DNA from: Prasinococcaceae sp. CCMP 1430
Taxonomy: Eukaryota; Plantae; Prasinodermophyta
DNA length: 64,000 nucleotides
Direction: 5' to 3'
Assembly: GCA_013416795.1 (NCBI GenBank)
Contig: RQSC01000002.1
Location: 554,808-618,807, forward strand
Notes under the pieces: generated by a model
Told to the model about the DNA's origin: nothing
The model's database searches: none
What the model saw: only the letters and a program-made list of their open reading frames with translations
Part shown: piece by piece, positions 11,096-21,793 of the stretch
How the letters are laid out: every line of letters begins with the position of its first letter
Numbering within the stretch: position 1 is the first letter of the stretch
Translations under genes and position numbers: made by a program

Positions 11096-14000
11096 TTACG
11101 CGTGCACCTCAGCGTCGATCTGTGTCTGAGCGAGCGACGCCGTCTGCTCCTCCTGCAGCTGCGCGGCAACCTCCCTCACACGCGGCCGGTACAGCACGTC
11201 ACGCATGCACGCGCTGCTGAGGTAGGCCAGAGTCGCGCGCCCAGCGTGCGCGCTGGCGCCTCCGGCCGCGCGACACGCGCGCATGTCATCGAAGACGCCC
11301 AGCGCGCGCTCAAGCTCACCCTCGCGCACGCATGCTTCGATGAGACATGTCCACATCGCGCCGCCACCGCGGCGTGGTAGCTCGACCAGTCGCGTCGCAC
11401 CTCCCTCGCGGCGCTTGAGAGCGTCATAGTACGACAACGCGCGCGTGAGACTCACCGCGCCGCTCCCACCGCGCACCGAGGCGGTGATTAGACGCATGAC
11501 CGTCCTGTCCCCGAGCGCATCGGCACCATCGTGCTGGAAGCCGCCTTCTGCCTCCCCAACTGCGTCAACGCCAGAACTCGCGGGGGGGCCGACGACAGCG
11601 CCATGGCTCGGGGTGTCGATAGCCGGCGCTCCTGCGACCTCCCACGCCTCCTCAGCCATGCCAGCGTGGCAGAGCGCGTCCACCAGGCTGCCGCGCGCCA
11701 CTGCTGGGATAGGCGCAGCGGTGGCAGGGCTTTGTTGCGCCTGCTGCGCGCGTGCGCGCGCCGCCCTCGCACATGCGTCCTTGTACAGCGAGAGCGATAG
11801 CTGCACATGGCCCTGCTTTGCAGCGGCTGCGATGAGAGCCCCTTGCGTCTCCAGCGCGACCTCGCCGCCGCGCGAGCGCAGCATGTGGAGCAGCCGCGCA
11901 GCCACGAGCACGGATTCGTCCGGACAGACCTTGCACAGGCTCGAGATGATCGAGTCAAAAGTTGAGTCCTGCACGGCTTTCGGGCTGTGCCGCAGCGCCC
12001 GTTTCACAGCGTCGAGCGCCCACTCGACGCGGCCCGCCTTGGCGGCAGTCGACGCGAAGGTGTTGTGGCACTCCGGAGACGGCTCGATGCCCCGTTTCGC
12101 CATGATCTCATAAAGTTCCGCGGCGGCACCCACGTCGCGCAGTCGCCGCGCGGCATTGAGCAGCGTGCCGTATGTGATGACGTCGGGCTCCACGCCCTGG
12201 GCCTCCATTGAAGCGGGAAGCTCTTCCAGCACGCGCCGCGCCGAGTCGTCGTCGTCGTCAGGAGTCGCTTTCAGCACGGCTGCGAGGAGCGCGTTCCAAC
12301 CGGCGGTGTCGGGGATGTAGCCCGCCGAGCGCAGATCGGCGAATGCCGCCTCCACCGTGCGCGCGTCTCCGCCCTGCGACGACGCTGCGAGCAGCGCCAG
12401 CGCAGTGCAGCGGTCGGGCACAATCTCCTCCTCGCGCAAGTCGCACACGAGGCTCCAAGCGATATAGCCGTTGCCACCACGTCTCTCACGTCCCAGCGCG
12501 CTGATGAGGACGTTGTACGTGACCAGGTCGGGTTTCGGTAGTCCACGCGCGCGAGGACGCATGCTCGACAGCAGGTCGAAAGCCGCAGTTCGCTTGCCGA
12601 GATCCAGCTGCGATTTTATGTACGCGTTGCACACGTACAAGGCCTCCTCGTCGTCCAGCGCCATGTCAGCGACAGAGAGTCTGAAGGGTTCGTCGCCATC
12701 GCCGCCATCCTGTCCACCCACTTCATCGCCCTCTCGGACGGCACGCTCCGGCGCATTGGCAGGCCCGTGCGCACCCTCCGAACCGTCATCGAGCGCCGAT
12801 GCTGGAAAATAGTCAGTGACAGTGAGATTGTCCACCTGTGCACGGGCGTCGTCCGACGCCGAGGGCGGAAACACGGCATCGAAAATGCGCGTTGCCAGCG
12901 CGGCGGAGTCGTCCTCGTGACGCAGCAGCTCTCCCCATATGGACACACGCCCATCGATGGCATCACCGCGCAGAGCACCGCACGCACGCAGCAAGCCTGC
13001 GACTGTGTACGTGTTGTGGTCGACGCCGCGTGCGTGCATGTCTTCCGCGGCCTCGAGCGCAAGCAGCGGCTCATTTGCAGCCACTGCCGCCTCCATGAAT
13101 GCCGAGAAGACCGACGGCCCGGCATACTCGCTCTGACCCATTAGGTCCTCATATGCTCCCCGTGCGACACCCCAGGCGTTGGACAGCGCCGCGGCGTCGC
13201 TTCTCGTCCCGTTCCCGTTGCCCGCCACTCGTGTCTGCCAGCGTCGGCGGTCGGCCGACGACGACGAGGCTTGTTGGAGCCCCCTCGCAACGGCTGTGAG
13301 CAGTGCGGACACGAATGCGGCCTTGGTGGCGCCGACGCGCTTGCGCGGTCTGTGACCATGTTGCGCCCGCCCGTTGCGCTGCCCCCCCCGAGTGTCACTC
13401 GGCGTCTCGGCCGCGCCGCTGCTGTCACGCATGAACGGCTGGAATTCCGTGTACAGTCTCGCCGCCCACGCCGCATCCGCTGTGTTGGCGGCGGCGCTCA
13501 TGACTGTGCTGAACGTGTGCTCGTCGGGTTGCAAGCACGTGGGTGCGGACGCGCGCTCGCCGCGAGCGCGCTGAGCGCCGTCGGGTCGATCCGCATTCGT
13601 CGCGTCACCGGCAGCGCTGTTCGCCGAGAGCATCTGCTCCCACAGCGAGCGCACAAGCTCGGGGCGATGCGCCCTTGCAGCCGCGGCGATGAGCGTGTTG
13701 TACGTGACTGCGTCCGGCGCCACACCACTCTCCTGCATGCGTCCCAGCAGCGAGAGCGCCACCGAAAGCTGCCCGCATCTGCTGCATGCATCGGCGAGCG
13801 CGTTCCACAGCGGCGCGGCGCGACCGTGGCCTCCGGCGGCCGCCGCGTCGAAGCACTCCCTCGCATCCTTCAGGCGGCCCACGCGGCCGTAGGCGGCGAC
13901 CAAGCCTCGGTACAGCCGCTCGTCTGGCTCTACACCGCATGCGTGCATTTCTCCCACCACCGTCGCGAGCCCGTCCGCGTCGCGCGCACGCCCGAACGCG

Positions 14001-14461
14001 CCGACGGCCTCTGTGAAGAACTTGACATCGGCACCGACGAGCCGGGCGTATGCCGCCGCCGCATCTCCCCGCCCGCTGCGCGCGCACGCCTGCGCGAAGT
14101 CCCAGCTGTGCGCGCGCACCGCCCGGGTGGCGACAGCGGCGGCCGTGTTCCTCGACACCGCGTCGCCAGTGCCGCGTCCACCTGCGCTGCTCCGGGCGAC
14201 GTGTTCCTTCATCAGCTCGAGCGCGTCGTCCACGCGACGCCGCGCGAGCAGCGCGCGTACGTGGGCCGCGATGTCCGGCGTCCGCGTCGCGGCTCCTGCC
14301 CCGCCAGCCTCGCCACCACGCTGCGTGGGGGGCGCGACGACCATGCGGCGGTGCCGCCGCTCACGCCTCTGCTGCTGCCTGCGCTCCACGCGCCGCGCGT
14401 CCGCACCCCCATCGCTTCCCGCCGGACCCGCGCCCTCCGCGAGGGTCGCGCGCGGGGGCAA
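11096..14461 (-). CDS. Pentatricopeptide repeat (PPR) protein, probably organellar
   Basis: Multiple ~35-aa repeats: GVEPDERLYRGLVAAY, GVAPDAVTYNTLIAA, KPDLVTYNVLISAL, GVEPDVITYGTLLNA; start unresolved. Confidence 0.9.
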   Translation of the reverse strand: MPPRATLAEGAGPAGSDGGADARRVERRQQQRRERRHRRMVVAPPTQRGGEAGGAGAATRTPDIAAHVRALLARRRVDDALELMKEHVARSSAGGRGTGDAVSRNTAAAVATRAVRAHSWDFAQACARSGRGDAAAAYARLVGADVKFFTEAVGAFGRARDADGLATVVGEMHACGVEPDERLYRGLVAAYGRVGRLKDARECFDAAAAGGHGRAAPLWNALADACSRCGQLSVALSLLGRMQESGVAPDAVTYNTLIAAAARAHRPELVRSLWEQMLSANSAAGDATNADRPDGAQRARGERASAPTCLQPDEHTFSTVMSAAANTADAAWAARLYTEFQPFMRDSSGAAETPSDTRGGQRNGRAQHGHRPRKRVGATKAAFVSALLTAVARGLQQASSSSADRRRWQTRVAGNGNGTRSDAAALSNAWGVARGAYEDLMGQSEYAGPSVFSAFMEAAVAANEPLLALEAAEDMHARGVDHNTYTVAGLLRACGALRGDAIDGRVSIWGELLRHEDDSAALATRIFDAVFPPSASDDARAQVDNLTVTDYFPASALDDGSEGAHGPANAPERAVREGDEVGGQDGGDGDEPFRLSVADMALDDEEALYVCNAYIKSQLDLGKRTAAFDLLSSMRPRARGLPKPDLVTYNVLISALGRERRGGNGYIAWSLVCDLREEEIVPDRCTALALLAASSQGGDARTVEAAFADLRSAGYIPDTAGWNALLAAVLKATPDDDDDSARRVLEELPASMEAQGVEPDVITYGTLLNAARRLRDVGAAAELYEIMAKRGIEPSPECHNTFASTAAKAGRVEWALDAVKRALRHSPKAVQDSTFDSIISSLCKVCPDESVLVAARLLHMLRSRGGEVALETQGALIAAAAKQGHVQLSLSLYKDACARAARARAQQAQQSPATAAPIPAVARGSLVDALCHAGMAEEAWEVAGAPAIDTPSHGAVVGPPASSGVDAVGEAEGGFQHDGADALGDRTVMRLITASVRGGSGAVSLTRALSYYDALKRREGGATRLVELPRRGGGAMWTCLIEACVREGELERALGVFDDMRACRAAGGASAHAGRATLAYLSSACMRDVLYRPRVREVAAQLQEEQTASLAQTQIDAEVHA

Positions 14462-15192
14462 GCGGCGCGGCAGCGCCTGGGCCGCACGAGCGCGCCGCGC
14501 CGCGCGCGCGCGCGGGCCGCGAAACGCAACGAAGTCGTACTTTCATATTCAAAAGGATGTCAAAATTACCCACGGGCGCCTCCATGGAAAAAGCTGCTGA
14601 AAAGAATCTCTGCCACTCTCGGTGGGCCCAGCACCGATACCCCGGGGAAAATTCGCACTCGGGTCATCGGGAGTCAACCCCCGGGACTCGTTCCGGTTCC
14701 GCGACGCCCCCCCTGCTCTGGCGGCTTCTTGCACTGTTGTCGGTTCAGCTTCATCGATTGATTTTGATGGAGCGTGTGTGGACCCCTTTCAAATTCGACC
14801 GGCCAGACCGCACCGGCCACAAAAAAATAAAAGCGAGCTGTTTTTCGGTGGCTGGATCTCATATCAATTCGCATGCGCTGCGCCGCATTTTCGCCGGCAA
14901 ATTCTCCCAAACAATTCCGAGTTAAATCCTTTTTTCACATGAGCTTTGATCTAGCTTAAAGCATCGTGTGTGCACATGTGGTTTTTTTGGTGCGCGCGCG
15001 CAAAGAGCGCAGAGCACGCGGCGCGCGCTGCCCGGGGCGCGCGGGGCACACGGCGCGCGGGGCGCGGGNNNNNNNNNNNNNNNNNNNNNNNNNNNNNNNN
15101 NNNNNNNNNNNNNNNNNNNNNNNNNNNNNNNNNNNNNNNNNNNNNNNNNNNNNNNNNNNNNNNNNNNNNNNNNNNNNNNNNNNNNNNNNNNN

Positions 15193-15616
15193 AACGCATC
15201 GCATTCCGCTGGCGTGGCGGCCGCCGCGCGCGTGGCGCGGGCGTAAGGCGGCCGCAATCGCGGCGACGGCGGCAGCTGCTGCCGCAGCGGGCGGCGCGCT
15301 CGCGCTGCGCGGCGGCCAGCGGCAGCGCCAGTCATCGGCGCGCTTTGAAGCGGCCATGCGCGGCGAGGCAACCCCCGGCGCATGGTGTCAGGGCAATGCA
15401 GCACCCTGGCAGTATGCGGATGGCCAGTTGCACGGCCTTGGGGGTGTGCACGATGACGCCGGTGCGACGGTGCCCGGGCTGCCGCGCCGCAATGCAGCAG
15501 CAGCCATGTTGCGCAAGGTCCCGAGGAGCGACAAGGCCCATGTCCTCCGCGACCTCGGTGAGGACCTGACGCACCCACATCCGCAGTACGACCCGCGGCA
15601 GACTCGGAGGCCGTGA
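15193..15616 (+). CDS. Hypothetical small protein (5' end in gap)
   Basis: Open frame with an Ala-rich hydrophobic stretch, then GAWCQGNAAPWQYADGQLHGLGG...; no family recognised. Confidence 0.4.
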
Positions 15617-16014
15617 GACCTCGCACTGCGACGGCCATGAAGCTGGCGGCGTGCAAGTGGTACTCGCCTCCTGCAGATGCTGGAGACGGAGGCCTGTCTG
15701 CCCCACGCGTCCGAGCCCCGGCAGGCGCGCTACGCGATCGAGGAAGCGCCCGAGGCAACGCGAAGAGAGAAGTAAAAATGCATGCGCGCAGTGCCTTTCT
15801 TGCACCGCTCAGGGCTTGTCAGAGTGCGGCCTGCGCGGCTCATGGGATCTGTCTGGCCTCAAGGAGCCTTGCGCGCTCGAGGACGCACCCACAGGCCGCG
15901 GCAGTGGTGCCGCTGCAGGGGGACGGGGGGCGATTGTCTTCGTACATGGCTGCGCACGGTGAGGTAGTATGATCAGAACATCTTATGACTGAGTCGACGA
16001 GAGCGCCCTGGGCT

Positions 16015-16760
16015 CTACTTCTGGTACATGGGCTTGGAAGAGAGCACGGCGCGCGTCGCCATGTCGTCGAGGACGGGGGTGACCTCGATCTCCGACATCG
16101 GAGCCCAGTTGGCGCCCCAGGCGGCGATGGCCGAGCCGTCGTCGGTCTCGCAGATGCAGACTCCCTGCGCGCCGCACAGATCGGACCACCTACGGGCAAA
16201 GCGCGCCGGGAGCGGAAAAGAGGACACGATGTGCACGGGGGTGGTTGGAAAGGGGCCAGTCAGTCTTGCCGCGCACGCGCACGAGTGGAGGCGAGGCTGT
16301 TGGCTCGGGCATGCTGTGCGCGCGCGCGCTCGCGCGCGTGGGTGTACGTGTGTAGCAAAGATCGCTGACGTCTCGTACCTGCCAATGATCTTGATGTTCG
16401 GGCCAGCGTCGGCCGCATCGTCCTCCTCAGTCTTTGCAAAGAGTGGGGGGCGGGCGATGAAGTGTGTGAGAGCGCGCACGTGCACGCAGGTGCGTGCGCG
16501 CACGCGCGCATCGGTGCGGGGGCGAGGTGGGGCGATGGCGGATTGTGGACGCGCGCGTCAGCCTCGGTCCTCACTCGCGCACGCGCACGGCCGCGCGCGA
16601 GCGTACGCGGTGGCGAGGAAGCGGCCCGGGGCGGCGCCCCCGGCTCGCTGGCCCGGGTCTCGCGCACTGCTTGGCGCGTGAGACGTACCATGGCTGCGAA
16701 GGCCTTCCACGCCTCGACGAGGCTGGGCTTCATGAGCTTGTACGTGACCATGAACAGCAT
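16015..16760 (-). CDS. DUF3303-like small protein, copy A (3 exons: 16689-16760, 16379-16431, 16015-16189)
   Basis: Spliced product MLFMVTYKL..EAWKAFAAM/TEEDDAADAGPNIKIIGR/WSDLCGAQGVCICETDDGSAIAAWGANWAPMSEIEVTPVLDD; canonical GT-AG sites keep frame. Confidence 0.85.
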
Positions 16761-16879
16761 CCTGACGCACGGGTGTGGCGGCGAGGGTGCAGGCGGCGAT
16801 GCGGGAGAGGATTGCGTGTGCGTGTGCGCGCGCTCGAGGTGTGGCGCCGCGCGCGCGCTCGCCCGGCGTCGCCCGCCGN

Positions 16880-17110
16880 CCCCCACCCGAATGCGCCACG
16901 TTTCGCATTGCGACGTACAACGTCCTCACGCCGACGTTTGCAGACCCCGCAAAGTACCACACGTGCCGGCCAGAGGACCTCGACGAGCGTGTGCGCCTGT
17001 GCCGCGTGCAGGCGAAGCTCGATGAGGAAGTGCGTCGCGGCGCAGTCGTGTGCCTGCAGGAGGTGTGCCTTGCGTGGAGCGCGCGCCTGCACCCGTGGTT
17101 CGCGGCGCGG
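16880..17110 (+). pseudogene. Isolated N-terminal fragment of a CCR4/nocturnin-like EEP nuclease/phosphatase
   Basis: FRIATYNVL...LDEEV...VVCLQEV motifs; begins at the single N (16879); no downstream catalytic motifs nearby. Confidence 0.6.
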
Positions 17111-17331
17111 TTGGGGCGCCCATCGGCGCGCGCCGCGACGCTCCGCGGCGCGGTCTCTGAGCTGGAAAGGGAGGGGGGGTGTCGTTACTCGCCGCGGCCG
17201 GTGCCACATCGGCGGCCCGCGCCGCCCCACACGAGAGGACCTCGCGGCGCACGCGCGCACACCCGCCGCGAGCGATGGGCGCTGGGGGCGGATGCGGGTC
17301 GTCGAGCACAGCAAAGGGGATTGCGAGCCCG

Positions 17332-17963
17332 ATGGCAACGTCGCCCGCGGCGACGCCCGCAGCGCCGGCCGCAGAGCCCGCGGTGGACGCGCCCGTGGTG
17401 GAGCCTGTCGCCATGGCCGCCGAGGCTGCACCTGCGGCTGCCGACGACAAGGTGCTCTTCATGATGAAGTTCAAGCTGGGCAAGGGAACGCTTGTGGACG
17501 CGTGGTCCACCTTCGGCAAAATGGTACGGCTGCGATGCGAGAGCGGGTACCCAAGCCCGCCATTGAGAGCGTGTCGCAGCCCCAAATCGTGCATACACAC
17601 GCGTGCGCGAGCACGCACGCACGCGCGCGCGCGCGCGCTCACGCGTGTCCTTGCCGTGCTGCGGCTCTCGTCACCCCTGCCACAACATCTCTGACGTGCT
17701 GCCCCCCCATCAAAACACCTCCCCTTCGGGCGCAGACGCCCTCGGAGGACGCGGCCGACGCGGGTCCGGACATTGAGGTGGTGGGACGATGGATGGATAT
17801 GTGCGGCGCTAAGGGACTCGTCGTGTGCCGCTCCTCCTCGCGCAGCGCCGTGCACGCGTGGGGCGCCAACTGGGCGCCCATGTGTCAGATCGACGTCACG
17901 CCGGTGGTCGACGACGCCGCGGCGCGCGCCGTGCTCTCGTCGAAGCCAATGTATCAGCTGTAG
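17332..17963 (+). CDS. DUF3303-like small protein, copy B (exons 17332-17523, 17736-17963)
   Basis: VLFMMKFKL..DAWSTFGKM/TPSEDAADAGPDIEVVGRWMDMCGAKGLVVC..WGANWAPMCQIDVTPVVDD; clear paralogue of copy A. Confidence 0.85.
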
Positions 17964-18194
17964 GAGGGCAACGCGAGGGCGACGGGCTGTGCCTTGCTGC
18001 GCTGCGCCTTGCTGCGCCGCGCTCGATGCCACTGTTACTGCCAACCTTCGGCTGCTGCAGGCACGCCAGGGCCGGCGGCGCGGCGCGCCGCACAGGGCGT
18101 CTCGCGCGCAAGCGCGCACCGCGCCCGCGCCACGAGCGCCTCCCTCGGGCCGCGCCTCCTCGCACGAGTAGTCTATCTACCGTGTTGTGCCCCT

Positions 18195-18400
18195 ACACTG
18201 CACCGTGCACCCCGTGCACTGCACTGCGCTGCACTGCACTGCACAGGCTACAGCAGCACCTCTCTAGCTAGGACCTGCGCCTGCGCCTGCGCCTGCGCCT
18301 GCACCTGCACCTGCACCTCACCTCGCTGCACCCGAGAGCGCCAAAGAAGCTCCTTTGCACCTGCACCTCGAGCACCTGCACCAAAGCACCATGCACCAAA
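18195..18400. repeat. Low-complexity CTGCAC / CCTGC(G/A) repeats
   Basis: Tandem 5-6-mers, e.g. cctgcg x4 then cctgca x3 at ~18274-18316. Confidence 0.7.
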
Positions 18401-18750
18401 GCACCCCTCATGGTATCGTCACAATTTCGCGAAACGTTGCCGGGCGGCTCGCCGCCTTCGCACCGCAGGTCATCTCCAACGCAACTGAAAGAGCTCGCAT
18501 CCCGTGGGCACTGGGAATCACGTTTCCAATGCGGGACTGTCCATACCATCATCGTCATCCAATGCCAATGCAAATGCAACGGAAAATGCACGTCGTCCCG
18601 TGGAAAATGGGGAGCGTTTTTTCCGACGCGCGCGGCGCGCCTTTGTCCCGGATGTACATTCCGCTCGCGGAGGGCGTCGAAATCGCGGCGCGCGATTTCG
18701 CGCGCGCGGGCAGCGGCCGATCGCGCTCGTGCGGCGCACGGGGCGCGCAG

Positions 18751-18800
<50 letters not shown>
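18751..18800. repeat. Poly-C tract (50 nt)
   Basis: Direct reading; abuts the Pro-rich 5' end of Sec23. Confidence 0.9.
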
Positions 18801-21670
18801 TGCCGGGCGCGCCGCCTTCGGCGGTGGCGCCTGGGCGGGCGGAGGAGGCGAGGCTCGCCGCGGGAGCACAGCCGGTCGCGAAGGGCCCGCCACTGGCCGG
18901 CGCGCCCATGCAGATGCGACAGGTGCCCTCTCCGCCGCCGCCGCCGCTGCAGCAGCAGCAGCTTCGGCAGGACTACGCCCCTGCACCCGAGCCCCAAACG
19001 CAGGCACATCCCTCCCCGCGCCCGCCCGCTCCCCCTCTCGCAGGCGCGCAGCCTCCTCCGCCGCAGATGCTCGCATCGCCGTCGGCCCTTGGCGCGAGCT
19101 CCTCCGTGTCGCCTCGCCCGGCGCCAATGGCGATGCAGCGTAGCTCCGAGGCGGAGGCAGCCGTCAACGCCGCCAAAGCAGAAGCCGCGGCGTCGGCGCG
19201 CGGCGATGCCGCCGCCTCGGCGGGCGTCCCGTTCCTCGCCCTCTCCATGGCGGTCGCGCCGCAGTGCGCGCGTGCGCACGCGTCGGGGGCGGTGCCGCTT
19301 GGCGCCGTCTTCGCGCCGTTCGCGCGGGGTGCGGAGGCGCCGCCTGTCGCACGCGGCCGCGGCAGGCCGCAGCGCTGCGGCGCTTGCGGCGCGGCGGAGA
19401 GCGCGTACTCGCACGCAAGCTTGCAGGCGGGCCGCTGGGTGTGCGTGTTTTGCGGCAGCGAGAACGCCGTCGAGGGTGGGGCCAGCACTCAGACCGACGC
19501 GGCGGCGCTCGGGAACGTGGTCGATTTCGTGCGGGGGCAGGCGGCGGCAGACTCGTCAGCGCGATTGCCGGCGACGGTGTTCGTGGTTGACACTTCAGCG
19601 GATCCAGAAGATGTTGCAAACATGAGAGCAGCGATCACCGAGGCCATCGGAGCGATGCCTGACGACGCGCGAATAGGCATTGTCAGCGCTGGTGCCTCGG
19701 TGCGCGTATACGACATGGCTGCGACGGTCATGGCGAGCGCGGACGTGCTCTCCGGACGCACTTCGCCCTCGCGAGAGGCGATGCGAGCGTTGCTCATTGG
19801 CGCGGCCGTACCCGTGGCGCCGCTCCGCGAGTGCCGTGAGGCCGCCCTCACGGCCACGGCGGCGCTGCGGTGCGATAGCTCCGCCGGCGTGCGGGCAGGC
19901 GCGGACAAGGCGGCGAGGGGGCGTGCGTTTATTCCCACGTCCGAGCGCGACAGGTGTGTTGTTACCGGCGTGGAAGTCGCTCTGGGCATCATTGATGGGA
20001 CAGATGTGGCGCAAATGCGCCCGCAGCAAATTAGAGCGAACAGCTCTGGCTTGTACCAGGGTAGCAAACCGACATCGAGCGGAGGCCATGTTGTACTCAT
20101 CACAACTGGTCCTGTCACGCTCGGACCCGGCGCGCTACCGCGTGACGCCTCGCACCCGCTCTTCCTCTCTGAGTGCCGCGCTGCTGCGCGGCATGTCGCC
20201 GCGCTCGGCGACGCCGCCGCGCGGCAGGGCGCGGTGATCGACGTCATCGCCGCGGGTGGCACGCCTATCGACGTGCAGCACTGCCTGCCCATGACGGAGC
20301 GCTCGGGCGGAGCTATGCAGCTCGTTGAGGAGCTCGCCGCCCCGCTCGCGAGCACGCTTCGTGCGGGCTTGCTGCGCACGCGCGCGACGCGCAGTCACGT
20401 CAAATGCGAGATTCGCGTGTCGCGCCCGCTGGTTGTGTCGCGCATCATGGGGGCTGTGTACGCCTCGAAGAGCGGTGGCGACGGCGACGGCGACGGGGAG
20501 CTTGCCACTGGCGGCGGCAAGGGCGAGGCAGTGCACGTGGCGCTGCGCGTGGCAGACTCGTCAGCGGGCATCGGTGTGCTCTACCGCCTAGACGAGGACG
20601 TGACGAGCGACTACGTCTTCGTACAGTGCGTTGCACAATACGTGGAGGTGTCCACTGGTGACATCCGCACGCGCGTGGTCACGCGCCGCCTGCGCACAAC
20701 CGCTTCAGCGTCGATGGTCGCCAAGGGCCTCAACGCCGAGGTGGCGGGGCTGCTAGCGGCGAAACGCGCGCTGCTTACCGCGGACAGCAGCAGCGATGCG
20801 AATGAAACCAGCACCTACGCGGGCGCGAGCGTGGGCGCGCGCGCGAAGGTCTTTACAGCGTCGGGCGATGTCGCTTGCGACGAGCTCGCGGACCGTCTGG
20901 TGGCGGCCGCTGGCGAGATGGGCGCGGCCTGTGGCGCACCTGGCACACTGCCGCCGGCTCTTGTGCCTCTGGCTATGCGCTTCTACCACTTCGCGCGCGG
21001 CACGGCGGCGGCGGGCGGCGCGCCGCATCCGGACGAGGTGGCGCTTGCCCGCTCGCGACTGCGCACCTCAGGCCTCGACACAAGCTGCTACATCATGCCG
21101 CGTTGCTGGATGGTCGTGCCTGGCGCCGAGACCGAGGAGCTCGTCGATGTGCTGCCAACGAACCTGGTGCTCATGTCGAACGCGTGCGTCGTGCTCGACG
21201 CTGGCTCACACACTGTGGTGTGGGTCGGAGCAAGCGTGTCTCCCGACGAGAACGCCGGGGTCATAGACAGGTGCAATGCCTTTGCCACAAAGCTCGTCAC
21301 GGGGAGGTTTCCGGCCCCGACATTGTTGACAGGTGCGATTCGCTGCGGGTATCACCCGAGGCTCCACGCGACCTATGAGCGTTCCCTTCCCTGGCCTCGC
21401 GACTGACATCGATGACGGCGCCCCGCCCCATCCGCGCGCCCGCGCACCCGCGCGTCCGCAGTGCGCGAGCACAGCTCCGCGTCCAGACAGGTGCTCGCGC
21501 GAGTGGCTCCTGCGCACCACGACCCTGCCCCAATGCAGGATAATGCCTGCGCGTACGTCCGCACGATGCTGCCCGGCCAGCGCGCCGAGCTCATGAGGAA
21601 GCTCGCCACGATTCCCACCGACGAGCTCGGCTTCTCAGATTGGCTGCAGGAGCTCATGGAGGAGGTCTGA
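18801..21670 (+). CDS. SEC23: COPII Sec23-like protein (plant SEC23A type); intron 21333-21461; start unresolved
   Basis: Pro-rich N-terminus, zinc finger RCGAC..WVCVFC, trunk VFVVDTS and TGPVTLGPG, gelsolin-like VVLDAGSHTVVWVG, terminal exon EHSSASRQVLARVAPAHHDP..FSDW. Confidence 0.8.
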
Positions 21671-21793
21671 TCCGTGACGTGACCTGGGCTCAAGCGAGCA
21701 GGCCGGCGGACAGGCCGGTGGGCAGACGGGCGAGCGCGCAGGCGCGGGGGGGTGACAGTAATACAAAGTCTTTCACCGTCGCTCACTACGCGC

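Noticed and set aside
11096-14461. Naming the PPR protein MRL1
   Set aside because: N-terminal resemblance only; the MRL1 C-terminal domain was not recognised
18410-18800. N-terminal extension of Sec23 with poly-Pro
   Set aside because: Upstream part resembles promoter DNA and the 50-C run may be mis-filled; frame unreliable
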